From Gammaproteobacteria bacterium (GTDB lineage Bacteria; Pseudomonadota; Gammaproteobacteria; JBCCGL01): DNA of 64,000 nt. Both the position numbers and the translations under genes were made by a program. The stretch is from the NCBI GenBank assembly GCA_965277715.1, contig OZ255836.1, forward strand, positions 2,272,001 to 2,336,000, read 5' to 3'. The notes below the pieces were generated by a model. That model was not told the origin of the DNA and ran no database searches. It saw only the letters and a program-made list of their open reading frames with translations. Every line of letters starts with the position of its first letter. Positions within the stretch are counted from its first letter, which is position 1. Shown here in pieces: positions 50,376-60,793 of this stretch.

Positions 50376-51122
50376 TTAAATAGCCAGGTATTGCTGGCGC
50401 ATTTCTTCATTTTCCAGGACTTCTTTGGCTTCGCCGTCAAAGACGATTTCTCCCATGTCCAGTATGATCGACCGGTCTGAGAGTTTGAGCGCCGCGACGG
50501 CGTTCTGCTCGACGATGATGGTGGTGATGCCCAGCTCGCGCACGCCGCGCAGGATGCGTTCAATTTCCTGGACGATGACGGGGGCCAGCCCTTCGTAGGG
50601 TTCGTCCAGTAGGAGCAGTTTGACGTCACGCGCCAGTGCTCTGGCAACTGCCAACATTTGCTGTTCACCACCGGATAAGGTCACTGCGTCTTGTTTGCAG
50701 CGCTCGGCAAGGCGGGGGAAGTGTTCGTAGATGCGTTCTTTGCTCCAACCCATCGGGGGGGCTATCTGTGCCAGTTCCAGATTTTCCTCCACGCTTAGCC
50801 CGGCGATGATGCGGCGGTCTTCCGGCACCAGGGCGACGCCGTTTTGTGCGGCCTGCCAGGATTGCATTTCATGTACAGGCTTGTGGTCGAGCCAGATTTC
50901 ACCGTGGGTGAGTTGCGGGTCTGCCATGCGGGCGATAGCGCGTAGGGTGGAGGTTTTGCCCGCACCGTTTCTGCCCAGTAAGGCGAGGATTTCACCTTCG
51001 CGTATGTCAAAGCTAATGCCCTGGACGATGTAGCTTTCGCCGTAGTAGGCGTGCAGGTCCCAGCAGGAGAAATAAGCCGGGGCAGTATTTGTTGGGTGGG
51101 TGGATGGGGTTTCTTGGGTCAT
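50376..51122 (-). CDS. Liv-type ABC ATPase (LivF-like)
   Basis: GRNGAGKT, VPEDRRI, LSGGEQQML, LDEP. Confidence 0.93.
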   Translation of the reverse strand: MTQETPSTHPTNTAPAYFSCWDLHAYYGESYIVQGISFDIREGEILALLGRNGAGKTSTLRAIARMADPQLTHGEIWLDHKPVHEMQSWQAAQNGVALVPEDRRIIAGLSVEENLELAQIAPPMGWSKERIYEHFPRLAERCKQDAVTLSGGEQQMLAVARALARDVKLLLLDEPYEGLAPVIVQEIERILRGVRELGITTIIVEQNAVAALKLSDRSIILDMGEIVFDGEAKEVLENEEMRQQYLAI

Positions 51123-51880
51123 ACCTGAACGCCTCCGAGATAGGCTTCCTGGACTTTTGGGTTACCCCGGATTTCATCCGGGGTGCCCTGGGCGATGATG
51201 GTGCCCTGCGCCAGTACGGTAATGGTGTCTGCCAGGCTGAAGACGACGTGCATATCGTGCTCGATGATGACTTTGGTCATGCCCTGTTCTTTGATTTGCT
51301 GGAGCAGTTCGATGGTGCGGTTGGTGTCGTGCCGCGCCATACCGGCGGTGGGTTCGTCGAGCAGTAGCAGGCGGGGGTGTTGGATTAGTCCCATCGCCAG
51401 TTCTAACCGGCGTTTGTTACCGCGTGACAGGCTGCCCGCCGTGCTATCCCGCGAGGTGTACAGATCGACATCGCGCAGCACCTGCTCAGCCTGTTCGAGT
51501 ATGTCGGTGTCATTGGCCAGGGATTTAAACGGGTTGAAGGAGAAGGCCCCGTCACGTTTGGCCAGCGCGGGCATCATGACGTTTTGCATCAGGGTTAAGT
51601 CGGGGAAGATTTCCGGGGTCTGGAATACCCGCACAACCCCTACCTGGTTAATCGCATGAGGTTCCATGCCCGTCAGGTTGTGCCCATCGAATGTCACCGA
51701 GCCTCGCGTGGGGTGTAAACGGCCAATACAGACGTTGAGCAAAGTGGATTTCCCCGCACCGTTTGGCCCGATTATGGCGTGGGTTTTACCCTCTTCGATA
51801 TCGAGGTTGACGTCGCTCAGGGCGTGCAGGCCGCCAAAGGTGACATCGACATGCTGAATTTTCATTACCGTATTAGGCAT
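51119..51880 (-). CDS. Liv-type ABC ATPase (LivG-like)
   Basis: GPNGAGKST, LDEPTAG, EHDM, VQEAYLG. Confidence 0.93.
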   Translation of the reverse strand: MPNTVMKIQHVDVTFGGLHALSDVNLDIEEGKTHAIIGPNGAGKSTLLNVCIGRLHPTRGSVTFDGHNLTGMEPHAINQVGVVRVFQTPEIFPDLTLMQNVMMPALAKRDGAFSFNPFKSLANDTDILEQAEQVLRDVDLYTSRDSTAGSLSRGNKRRLELAMGLIQHPRLLLLDEPTAGMARHDTNRTIELLQQIKEQGMTKVIIEHDMHVVFSLADTITVLAQGTIIAQGTPDEIRGNPKVQEAYLGGVQV

Positions 51881-51881
51881 G

Positions 51882-53027
51882 TTATGACTCCTCTACCGCA
51901 CCGTTATCAGCGGCGGCCTTGCGCTGCCTGCGGTTGCTAATAACGGTACTGATACGCTGGATACCCTCCATCACACCGCCCGGTAGAAAGATGACGATAA
52001 CCATAAACAGCGCGCCCAGCGTCAAATGCCAGCCTTCACCGACAAACGGGTGGGTAATAAACACAAAGACATTGGCCAGCCAATCGGGCAGAAAATCAAA
52101 CGACGCCTGCAAGCTGTCCTCATTAAATGCGGAGAAGATGTTTTCAAAGTATTTGATGATCCCCGCGCCCAGTAGCGGCCCCAATAATGTGCCCACACCA
52201 CCGAGTATGGTCATTAACACCACCTCGCCGGATGCCGTCCACTGCATGCGTTCGGCGCCCGCCAGGGGGTCGGTAACCGCCATTAGAGACCCCGCCAGGC
52301 CCGCGTACATACCGGAGATCACAAAGGCGGCGAGCAGGTAGGGCCGGGTGTTGAAGCCGGTGTATTTCATGCGCATTTGGTTGGATTTTATCGCCTGGAG
52401 TTTGAGACCAAAGGGTGAGCGAAAAATGCGCAGGGAGACAAAAAACCCCACAATCAGCATAAAGGCGCAAAAATAAAAACCGGGGTAACCCTGCATATTG
52501 ATACCCAGGAAGTTGCCCACCGGATTGGCTTGCGGCTCAACACCGATCAGTTTGTCCAGTACGCGGACATCGTCACGCAAAACGCGCAGGCCGGTTTCAC
52601 CGTTGGTGATAGGGGTCAGCACCGAGTAAGCCAGGTTGTAGCTCATCTGCGCAAAGGCCAGGGTTAAGATGGAGAAGTAGATGCCGGTTCTGCGCAAGCT
52701 GATATAACCGATCAAGACGGCGAACAGCCCCGCCAACAGGGTGCCGAAGATGACGGCGGGCACTACGCTCATCGAGAGCAGTTTAAACGACCAGACAGCG
52801 GTGTAAGAGCCAACCCCCAAAAACGCGGCGTGGCCAAATGAGAGGTAGCCCGTCAAGCCAAACAGGATGTTAAAGCCAATGGCAAATAAACCAAAAATGG
52901 CAAATTTCTGCAGCAGATCAGGGTAACCTGCACCAATCGGTTTTAGCCAGAGTGGCATGGTGAGTACGACAACCACGAAGATCAGCATGGTGGTCGTGTC
53001 TTTGCGGGAGAGTGTAAACAATTGCAC
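51882..53027 (-). CDS. Liv-type ABC permease (LivM-like)
   Basis: [29 protein letters not shown]. Confidence 0.92.
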   Translation of the reverse strand: MQLFTLSRKDTTTMLIFVVVVLTMPLWLKPIGAGYPDLLQKFAIFGLFAIGFNILFGLTGYLSFGHAAFLGVGSYTAVWSFKLLSMSVVPAVIFGTLLAGLFAVLIGYISLRRTGIYFSILTLAFAQMSYNLAYSVLTPITNGETGLRVLRDDVRVLDKLIGVEPQANPVGNFLGINMQGYPGFYFCAFMLIVGFFVSLRIFRSPFGLKLQAIKSNQMRMKYTGFNTRPYLLAAFVISGMYAGLAGSLMAVTDPLAGAERMQWTASGEVVLMTILGGVGTLLGPLLGAGIIKYFENIFSAFNEDSLQASFDFLPDWLANVFVFITHPFVGEGWHLTLGALFMVIVIFLPGGVMEGIQRISTVISNRRQRKAAADNGAVEES

Positions 53028-53030
53028 GGG

Positions 53031-54047
53031 TTAGTCCTCCATCACGCCTTTGCGCCCCATTAGGCCGCGTGGCCGGACCAGTAGCACAACAACCGCAACC
53101 AGGTAAATAATAATCTGGTCGATACCGGGAAACAGCGATTTGACTTCGTTCATCGAGGCAAATGACTGCAAAATGCCCAGCAGAAACCCGGCGGCTACCG
53201 CGCCACCCAGTGACCCCATACCGCCGACAACCACGACCACAAAGGAGAGCACCAGAAAGTCCATACCTATATGGTAGTCGGGGGGCAGTATCGGTGTGTA
53301 CATGACCCCGGCCAGCCCGGAGACCACGGCGGCAACACCAAAGACGATGGTAAAACTGCGCTGCACGTTGATGCCCAGCAGGCCGACCATATCGCGATCA
53401 TGCATACCGGCACGCACGACCATACCGAAGGTGGTGTAGCGCAAAAAGGCAAACACTGAAAAGATCACCACACCGGCGAAGGCGAGGTAAATCAACCGCC
53501 AGTAGGGGTATACCACCGCATCCCCCAGCCCCAGCCAGGTGCCGATGCTGGCACTGCCGGCGATGATATCCGGGGCAGGAGTGGGTACCGGGTTTGCACC
53601 AAACAGTGACTTGATAATCTCCTGCAGAATAATCGCCAGACCAAAGGTCACCAGAATCTGCTCGGCGTGGCTGCGTTTGTAAAAATGCTTGATCAGGCCA
53701 CGCTCCATAGTCAGGCCGATCAATAACATCACCGGAATGGCGAAAATGATCGACAGTGGCACCGCCCAGTCGATGATCGTGGCGCCGGTATCGCCCCACC
53801 AGATTTCCAGGTAGGGGACTTCTTTATAGGCATCAAAGAATGTCACGCTCTCATCTTTGACTTTTTGCGAGATAGTGAGGAGTTTTTGAAAGGTCACCGC
53901 GCAGAATGCACCGAGCATAAATAATGCACCGTGGGCAAAATTGACTACACCCAGTGTGCCAAATACGAGTGTCAGGCCCAGTGCGATCAGCGCATAGGCG
54001 CCGCCTTTATCCAGGCCGTTTAAAATTTGTAATAGAATAGCGTCCAT
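53031..54047 (-). CDS. Liv-type ABC permease (LivH-like)
   Basis: YALIALGLTL, VNFAHG, VVVGGMGS, RPRGL. Confidence 0.92.
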   Translation of the reverse strand: MDAILLQILNGLDKGGAYALIALGLTLVFGTLGVVNFAHGALFMLGAFCAVTFQKLLTISQKVKDESVTFFDAYKEVPYLEIWWGDTGATIIDWAVPLSIIFAIPVMLLIGLTMERGLIKHFYKRSHAEQILVTFGLAIILQEIIKSLFGANPVPTPAPDIIAGSASIGTWLGLGDAVVYPYWRLIYLAFAGVVIFSVFAFLRYTTFGMVVRAGMHDRDMVGLLGINVQRSFTIVFGVAAVVSGLAGVMYTPILPPDYHIGMDFLVLSFVVVVVGGMGSLGGAVAAGFLLGILQSFASMNEVKSLFPGIDQIIIYLVAVVVLLVRPRGLMGRKGVMED

Positions 54048-54120
54048 AGTCGCTTAGCCCATGAAATGCTGATCAGAACGTCTGGGAATAAGACATCCAC
54101 AAAATAAAAGGGTAAAACAT

Positions 54121-54149
54121 AAAGGGGGCAGGCATAACGCCTGCCCCCC
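54121..54149 (-). terminator. Stem-loop after the Liv-type binding-protein gene
   Basis: gggggcaggc-loop-gcctgccccc followed by TTT on the minus strand. Confidence 0.75.
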
Positions 54150-54163
54150 GCTGCCGTGATGGA

Positions 54164-55504
54164 TTAAGCGCAGCTACCCAGCTCACCACCCAGTATAGCT
54201 GGATCGTATTCAACCTGAGCGCGTGGCACTTGTTGCACAACTTCCAGCAGGTCAAATTGGCTGCTGGGATTTTCGTTACCGCGTACAACCAGCACGTCTT
54301 TAAAGCACTGGTGATCTGAGTCACGGTATTCGGTTGGGCCATTACCCATGCCGTCAAACTTGAAACCTTCCAGCGCCGCGATGACTTCACACGGGTTGAA
54401 GGTGCCCGCCATTTCGCAGGCATTGGCATACAGCAGGGTTTGTACGTAGCAGGTGTGGGCTGCCTGTGAGGGCGGGAAGCCGTATTCCTGACCAAACGAT
54501 TTAACAAATGCCTGTGAACCGGCATCCTGTAATGACCAGTTCCAGTTGGTGGTGCCAAAAATGCCTTTAATGTTTTCACCGGCACCTTGCGCCATCAAAC
54601 GCGAGAACAGCGGCACGACGATTTTGAAGTCTTTACCGTTAACCTCTTTTTCACGCAGGCCAAACTGTACGGCCTGGGTCAGTGAGTTAACCATGTCTTT
54701 GCCGTAGTGGTTGAGGATGAGCACATCGGCGCCCGAGTTTAATACGGGGGTAATGTACTGCGAGAAGTCACCGGCACCGAGCGGGGTACGCACGGTTGCC
54801 TGGGTTTTCCAGCCCAGCCCTTCGGTGGTGTCTTTAATCGATCCCTCCTGGCTCCAGCCCCAGGTGTAGTCGGCGGTGAGGTGATAGGCGTTACGCTCTT
54901 TACCCATTTCGGCTTCGAGTACCGGGCCGAGTGCCGCGCCAGACATATGGGTGTTGAAGAAGTGGCGAAAACCGTATTTGCGTTTGTCTTTGCCGGTGGT
55001 GTCGTTAGAGTGGGTCAAACCGGCCATAAAAATCACACCGGCCTCCTGGCACAGTGACTGCACGGCAATCGCGACGCCGGAAGAGGAGCCACCGGTAATC
55101 ATCAGGGCGCCGTCTTTTTCGATCATGCGTTTTGCCGAGGCACGCGCTGCATCCGATTTGGTTTGGGTGTCCCCGGTTACGTATTCGACTTTTTTACCCA
55201 GTACACCGCTACCTTTGAGCGACAGGGGTTTCATGGTGTTCAGCAGGCCGCCGTCGCCTTCACCGTTGAGGTGTTTTACCGCCAGTTTGTAGGCGCGCAG
55301 CTCATCGGCACCCTCGTCGGCATACGCGCCGGTTTGTGGCACGTTAAAACCCAGTGTGATGGATTTGGCATTGCCGGGGTCGTTGGCAAAATCCGCCGCC
55401 CAGGCATTGCGTACAAAGAACGCCGGGGTGCTGATTGCCGCTGCTGAAGCGGCCATGCCTTTGAGTACGTCGCGACGCGACCAGGTGCTGCTTTTTATAG
55501 CCAT
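54164..55504 (-). CDS. Liv-type substrate-binding protein with Tat signal
   Basis: SRRDVLK leader, PQTGAYADEG, TGGSSS, ADYTWG. Confidence 0.92.
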   Translation of the reverse strand: MAIKSSTWSRRDVLKGMAASAAAISTPAFFVRNAWAADFANDPGNAKSITLGFNVPQTGAYADEGADELRAYKLAVKHLNGEGDGGLLNTMKPLSLKGSGVLGKKVEYVTGDTQTKSDAARASAKRMIEKDGALMITGGSSSGVAIAVQSLCQEAGVIFMAGLTHSNDTTGKDKRKYGFRHFFNTHMSGAALGPVLEAEMGKERNAYHLTADYTWGWSQEGSIKDTTEGLGWKTQATVRTPLGAGDFSQYITPVLNSGADVLILNHYGKDMVNSLTQAVQFGLREKEVNGKDFKIVVPLFSRLMAQGAGENIKGIFGTTNWNWSLQDAGSQAFVKSFGQEYGFPPSQAAHTCYVQTLLYANACEMAGTFNPCEVIAALEGFKFDGMGNGPTEYRDSDHQCFKDVLVVRGNENPSSQFDLLEVVQQVPRAQVEYDPAILGGELGSCA

Positions 55505-55577
55505 GGTGAATCCTCCTGTTAGGGGTTGTGTTTTATCAGGTAGGGCGAGTCTGTGAGTGTGGCCGGTTGATGTAAAT

Positions 55578-55591
55578 TAGCCAATGGTCTA
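55578..55591. promoter_or_regulatory. Candidate CrbR-type operator
   Basis: TAGCC-AATG-GTCTA, one mismatch from the palindrome TAGAC-N4-GTCTA; a similar site TAGCG-GATC-GTCTA lies at 55702-55715. Confidence 0.45.
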
Positions 55592-55818
55592 GTTTTCACC
55601 TGAACCGATCGACAAATACCGGCGTAAGTACTGGAATTTAGGGGTATTTAGCCATTTCACCCACGCTAACCGTGGCCTGTGGCTGTGTGAAAACACCAAA
55701 ATAGCGGATCGTCTAATACCTGCTAAAGACTACCCACGGTAGAGTTTTACTACATTTTTGTTGCTATAGGCAAAATGAGTAACCTATAGCAAGTGCAAAT
55801 ACTATAGGATCGGGAAAA

Positions 55819-56529
55819 ATGGTAACGCGGATCACACCGGCAATAGGCGATCTTCAACAGATGTTTAAGCTATCAAAAATCATTGTTGCCGACGATCATC
55901 CGCTATTTCGCGATGCGCTGCAAAATGCGATTGTGCAGGGGTTTGGCGATATTGCCATTGTCGGGGTGGATTCGTTTTCATCCCTACAGGATGCAACGCG
56001 CCAGCACCACGACTGCGACCTGATTCTGCTCGACCTGATGATGCCGGGCGCAGTGGGGTTTTCTGCGTTGAGCTGGCTGGGCCTGCGCTGCCCGTTGATT
56101 CCCGTTGTTGTGATCAGCGGCAACGACGACAGCACGATTGTCGCACGGGCGCTGGACTATGGCGCGATGGCCTTCGTGCCCAAATCGACGCAGCTACCCA
56201 CAATGATCGAGGCGATTGAAAGCGTGCTGGCCGGTGACACCTGGCTACCCAATGAATTCACCCCGGAAAACGACGAGAACACCGCCAACCGACAAGTGTT
56301 TGCCGACCGGGTTTCACAACTGACGGTCAAGCAGTTCCGCGTATTAATGATGCTCGCCGATGGCCACCAAAACAAACACATCGCCGCCGATTTGTGCGTA
56401 TCAGAGGCCACCGTCAAGGCACACCTCACGGTGGTCTACCAAAAACTTGGCGTTCAGAACCGCACCCAGGCGGCCACCCTGGCCGCACAGCATTTGAAAA
56501 TAGACCGGGAAGAGTTTTTGCAACCGTAG
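55819..56529 (+). CDS. NarL/LuxR response regulator (CrbR/ErdR-like)
   Basis: ADDHPLFR, LLDLMMPG, PKS, LuxR HTH SEATVKAH...NRTQA; alternative start at 55861. Confidence 0.9.
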   Translation: MVTRITPAIGDLQQMFKLSKIIVADDHPLFRDALQNAIVQGFGDIAIVGVDSFSSLQDATRQHHDCDLILLDLMMPGAVGFSALSWLGLRCPLIPVVVISGNDDSTIVARALDYGAMAFVPKSTQLPTMIEAIESVLAGDTWLPNEFTPENDENTANRQVFADRVSQLTVKQFRVLMMLADGHQNKHIAADLCVSEATVKAHLTVVYQKLGVQNRTQAATLAAQHLKIDREEFLQP

Positions 56530-56592
56530 TGCAACATGCCTTTTTGCCAACGCCGCAGAGGGATACCCATCAGACCTGGTGCCGAACAATTG

Positions 56593-59500
56593 TCAGAGTA
56601 TCTGCGCGCCTTTGGTCTGTTTATACACCCTGTAAACCAGGCTACGCAAAGCACCCGGGTTAACCGGCTTGCGCAACTCCTGATAGCCCGATGCCTCCGC
56701 CTCCTGGCGAATCGCATCACTCAAATCTGCCGTAATTAATACCCCCGGCACTCGCCAGTCAAAATGTGCCTGTACCTTATTCATCACCTCGACCCCGGTC
56801 TCATCGTTATCGAGGTGGTAGTCCACCAGCATCAGGTCTGGCATCAGGCTTTGTTCGACAAAGGCTCTTTCCACCTCAGCACCCGAGGCCACAGCAATCA
56901 CCTGACACCCCCAACCGGTAAGCACTGTATTCATGGCATTGAGCACATCGTCGTCGTTATCCACACACAACACGGTCAAGCCTTCAAGGGGCTGTTTGCG
57001 TTGTCGGCCACGCGGCTGCACAGCCGCTTGATGGGTAGGCTGCAACTCACCGGGCTGGCCCAATGGCACAGTGATTGAGAATACCGAGCCATGCCCCGGC
57101 CTGGACTTGACATCGACGGGGTGGTCAAGCACCTTGCTGATGCGCCGCACAATGGCCAGACCAAGCCCCACACCCTTTTCCAATTTTGACGGCTGGTTGT
57201 CGAGGCGCTCAAACTCATCGAAGATACGCTCGATATTGGTTTCGGCAATACCGACACCGCTATCCCATACTTCGATGCGCAACTGGGGCTGACCTGATCC
57301 CATCGAAACCCGCCGACACCCCAGCAAAACCTGCCCGCCCCGCGCATAGCGCAGCGCATTGGTGAGAAAGTTTTGTAACACGCGCCGCAATAAGTGTGCA
57401 TCACTGCGCACCGCGAGCGAGCACGCTACCGTGCGCAGGCGGATATCGCGCTGCGCGGCAATCACGGCAAACTCATCATCGAGCACATTGAGCGTATCGG
57501 CAACGGCAAAGGTGGTGATGGTAGATTTGATCGCCCCCATGTCGAAGCGGGAAATATCCAGCAGGGTTTTAATAATCTCTTCAGCCGATTGCAAAGAACG
57601 GCTAATGCGCCCGGTGATGTTCTCATTGTAAACCCGGTTTTGTTGCAGGGCCGATGTGTACAGGCGGGCGGCGTTGAGCGGCTGCATCATGTCGTGGTTG
57701 ACCGCCGCGAGAAACCGCACTTTACTGTCGATGGCATTGCGCAGCGCCTGATTGACCGTCGACAGCTCCTGGGTGCGCTCTTTGACACGCTGCTCAAGGG
57801 TGTCGTTGATCTCCAGCAACTTGCGCTCGGTGTTTTTGTGCTCGGTAATATCGGAGTAGCTGGTGACGTAACCACCGCCCGGTATCGGGTTGCCACGGAT
57901 CTCCAGCACCGAGCCATCATCGCGCACCCGCTCTGAGATATTCGGCTCGCCGGACTGCATATGCCCCAGGCGTTTGTTGACATAATCCTCCTTGTCCTGG
58001 GGGCCAAAATCCCCGCGTGACACACTGTAGCGCAGCACATCGACAATAGGCCGACCCACCACAATCAGGCTGGAAGGTAAATCAAACAAATCCACATAGC
58101 GCTGATTCCACGCCACCAGGCGCATACGCTGATCGACCACGCTGATACCCTGATCGATATTTTCAAACGTCGTATACAGCAGCTCCTGATTAAACTGCAA
58201 CGCCTGCGATGCCTCACCGACAATGCTGACAACCTCCTCAATCGGCAACTCCCTGCGTTGCGACACCGACGACACCATCAGGCGCGCCGACGATGCGCCA
58301 ATGGCGCCGCCGAGCAAGTGCTCGGTAAAACGCACCATGGCCTCGTCGGCACGGCTGGTGGGGGATAGGTTTAAACCATTTGACTGCGTATAGTCGGCAA
58401 ACGCCTTTTTCCAACTGGCCTCACCGATAAACTTTTCACCCAGCGAAGACAACTCCCCAACGCGTACATCACTCGCCGTGTGGGATAGCGGCCCGGCTGC
58501 CTCATCGGTTTTGATCGAATGGGTAAAATCCGTCGCCTGCAAACGGTCGGTTAAATTGCCCTGCGCCTGCCAGGAAAAATACACATAGAAAAGCAGATTG
58601 ACACTCAGACTCCAAATAGCCCCGTGGGTAACCGGGTCGAAGCCATTGAGGCCCAACAGCGCATAAGGTTTCAGCGCCGCGATACCAAACAACCCCTGCT
58701 CGATAAACCCGGCCGGTAGCCAGCCGGTATCGGCCAGCGTCGGTAAAAACAGCGTGTACATCCAAATGGCCGAACCACCGATCAACCCCATGCGCGCCCC
58801 GCGCCGGTGCCCGCGCTTCCAGTAAACCCCGCCAATAATCGCTGGTGCAAACTGGGAGGCAGCGACAAATGCAATCAGCCCTATCGATGCCAGCGTGCCA
58901 ATATCGCGGATGTACTGGTAGTAAATATAACTCAATAACAAAATTAGAATAATCGCCACCCGGCGAATCGTTAACAGCAGGCCGGTGACATCCTTGCGCG
59001 CTTTCAAATTCAATACCGGCAACTTAAACAACAGCGGCATCACAATATCGTTGCACACCATTGTACTCAGCGTAATAACCGCCACAATGACCATACTCGT
59101 CGCCGCCGACAACCCACCTAAAAACGCCAGCATGGCGATACCGCCGTTATGTGAGGCGATGGGGATCGTCAGTACAAACATATCCGGGTTGACATCCAGC
59201 CCTGCAAACAAGGTTGAACCGACAATGGTAATCGGCACCACCAATACACACGTCACCAACAAATAGAGCGGAAATAACCAGCTCGCCACCTTCAACTGGC
59301 TGTTGCGTGAACTCTCCACAAAGGTCACATGGAACTGGCGTGGCAGACAAAAAATCGCCACCATCGCCAGAGCCGTCTGGCTGACAAAAGCACTTTTGAA
59401 TATATCCTCCTGTAACGATGGCCTGAGTAGCCTGGCACTGGTTTCAGGTAATGCAGTGGCCGCCGAGATAAACCCCTCAAACCCGCCAGACACACCGTAA

Positions 59501-60156
59501 ATCGCGAACAAACACACACACAGCAAAGCAAACAGCTTAACCATTGACTCAAAGGCAATGGCCAGAATAATCCCCTCGTGCTGCTCGGTTTTACTCACAT
59601 AACGCGTGCCAAAAAGAATGCTGAACACGGCCATCAGGGCGGCGACGATAAAGCCGGTGTCTTCGATCAGCGAGCGCGGTGCCAACTGATCAGCGTTCAC
59701 TCGCAGGCCGTCGTGGGCGAGTACATCAAAGCTCAGCGCCACCGCTTTCAACTGTAAGGCGATATAAGGCATGGTGCCCAGCACCGCGACCAAGGTCACC
59801 AACACCGCCAGGCTGCTCGATTTACCGTAGCGGGACGAAATAAAATCGGCGATGGTGGTAATATTTTGCTCGCGGCAAATCACCGCGACTTTTTTTAAAA
59901 ACGGATAACCGAAGATAAATAAAAGAATCGGCCCCAGGTAAATAGGAAAAAACCCCCAGCCCGCCGTCGTTGCCCGGCCCACAGCGCCGTAATACGTCCA
60001 GGACGTACAGTAAACACTGAGTGACAGGCTATAGATAAACTCGCGATAGGGCAGTGGCTGGTTCAGGCGGGAGCGCCGATCGCCGTACCAGGCGATGGCA
60101 AACAGCGCGCCGATATAGATCAACGAACAAAATACGAGTAACCAGGGTTGTAGCAT
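56593..60156 (-). CDS. Hybrid sensor kinase CrbS/MxtR-like (SLC5 transporter domain, STAC, PAS, HK, REC)
   Basis: YCTSWTYYGAVG, PYIALQLKA, LPRQFH, IGASSARL, HDMMQPL, NALRY, DSGVG, GLGL, C-terminal receiver domain. Confidence 0.93.
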   Translation of the reverse strand: MLQPWLLVFCSLIYIGALFAIAWYGDRRSRLNQPLPYREFIYSLSLSVYCTSWTYYGAVGRATTAGWGFFPIYLGPILLFIFGYPFLKKVAVICREQNITTIADFISSRYGKSSSLAVLVTLVAVLGTMPYIALQLKAVALSFDVLAHDGLRVNADQLAPRSLIEDTGFIVAALMAVFSILFGTRYVSKTEQHEGIILAIAFESMVKLFALLCVCLFAIYGVSGGFEGFISAATALPETSARLLRPSLQEDIFKSAFVSQTALAMVAIFCLPRQFHVTFVESSRNSQLKVASWLFPLYLLVTCVLVVPITIVGSTLFAGLDVNPDMFVLTIPIASHNGGIAMLAFLGGLSAATSMVIVAVITLSTMVCNDIVMPLLFKLPVLNLKARKDVTGLLLTIRRVAIILILLLSYIYYQYIRDIGTLASIGLIAFVAASQFAPAIIGGVYWKRGHRRGARMGLIGGSAIWMYTLFLPTLADTGWLPAGFIEQGLFGIAALKPYALLGLNGFDPVTHGAIWSLSVNLLFYVYFSWQAQGNLTDRLQATDFTHSIKTDEAAGPLSHTASDVRVGELSSLGEKFIGEASWKKAFADYTQSNGLNLSPTSRADEAMVRFTEHLLGGAIGASSARLMVSSVSQRRELPIEEVVSIVGEASQALQFNQELLYTTFENIDQGISVVDQRMRLVAWNQRYVDLFDLPSSLIVVGRPIVDVLRYSVSRGDFGPQDKEDYVNKRLGHMQSGEPNISERVRDDGSVLEIRGNPIPGGGYVTSYSDITEHKNTERKLLEINDTLEQRVKERTQELSTVNQALRNAIDSKVRFLAAVNHDMMQPLNAARLYTSALQQNRVYNENITGRISRSLQSAEEIIKTLLDISRFDMGAIKSTITTFAVADTLNVLDDEFAVIAAQRDIRLRTVACSLAVRSDAHLLRRVLQNFLTNALRYARGGQVLLGCRRVSMGSGQPQLRIEVWDSGVGIAETNIERIFDEFERLDNQPSKLEKGVGLGLAIVRRISKVLDHPVDVKSRPGHGSVFSITVPLGQPGELQPTHQAAVQPRGRQRKQPLEGLTVLCVDNDDDVLNAMNTVLTGWGCQVIAVASGAEVERAFVEQSLMPDLMLVDYHLDNDETGVEVMNKVQAHFDWRVPGVLITADLSDAIRQEAEASGYQELRKPVNPGALRSLVYRVYKQTKGAQIL

Positions 60157-60469
60157 AAATGCCTAACTTTTTAAGCCAGTTTGATAGTGGGTGAAATATA
60201 CCTGTTTCGTTGATGTGTAACTAATATTTAAAACCGCTATCAGGGGGATTGTTTGAGCGCAATAGATGGGGAAGATCGTCTACGGCCAATAGCCAGGATG
60301 GCCTGTAAAAGCAGTGGCTGTAAACGCTTTACTGCCCTCGTTAACTATCTATAAAATCAACAAATAATTTCACTTTAACTCAAATAAATTGTCAAAAACC
60401 AAAATCGTGATAGGGTGCTGCCATTATAATGAGCAATCGGGTACCCCACCCCAACTACGGAGAACCAGC

Positions 60470-60793
60470 ATGATCCGCTGCCACCTGGCCCGACTGATGG
60501 GCGAGCATAAAATGCGCATAAGTGACGTGATCCGCGAAACGGGTCTAAGCCGCAACACTGTCACCCTGATGTACAAAGAAACCGCGCAGAAAGTGAATTT
60601 AGAAGCATTGGATAAGCTCTGCGCGCTTTTTGATTGTGATATACACGAAATCCTCGAACGTGAGCCACATGTCGATCCAGCCCATTTAAATCAGATAAAG
60701 ATTCCAGTGCCACCAGATGAGAAAGAACAAAAATTACTGACAGGAAAAATGCAATTGGTTAAATCGGTAAAAGAGGCGCGTGAAAATGGCTGA
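60470..60793 (+). CDS. Xre/Cro HTH regulator fused to an HsdS-like C-terminal fragment
   Basis: ATG at 60470 after GGAG; MIRCHLARLMGEHKMRISDV...LCALFDC HTH, then IKIPVPPDEKEQ and LLTGK. Confidence 0.75.
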   Translation: MIRCHLARLMGEHKMRISDVIRETGLSRNTVTLMYKETAQKVNLEALDKLCALFDCDIHEILEREPHVDPAHLNQIKIPVPPDEKEQKLLTGKMQLVKSVKEARENG

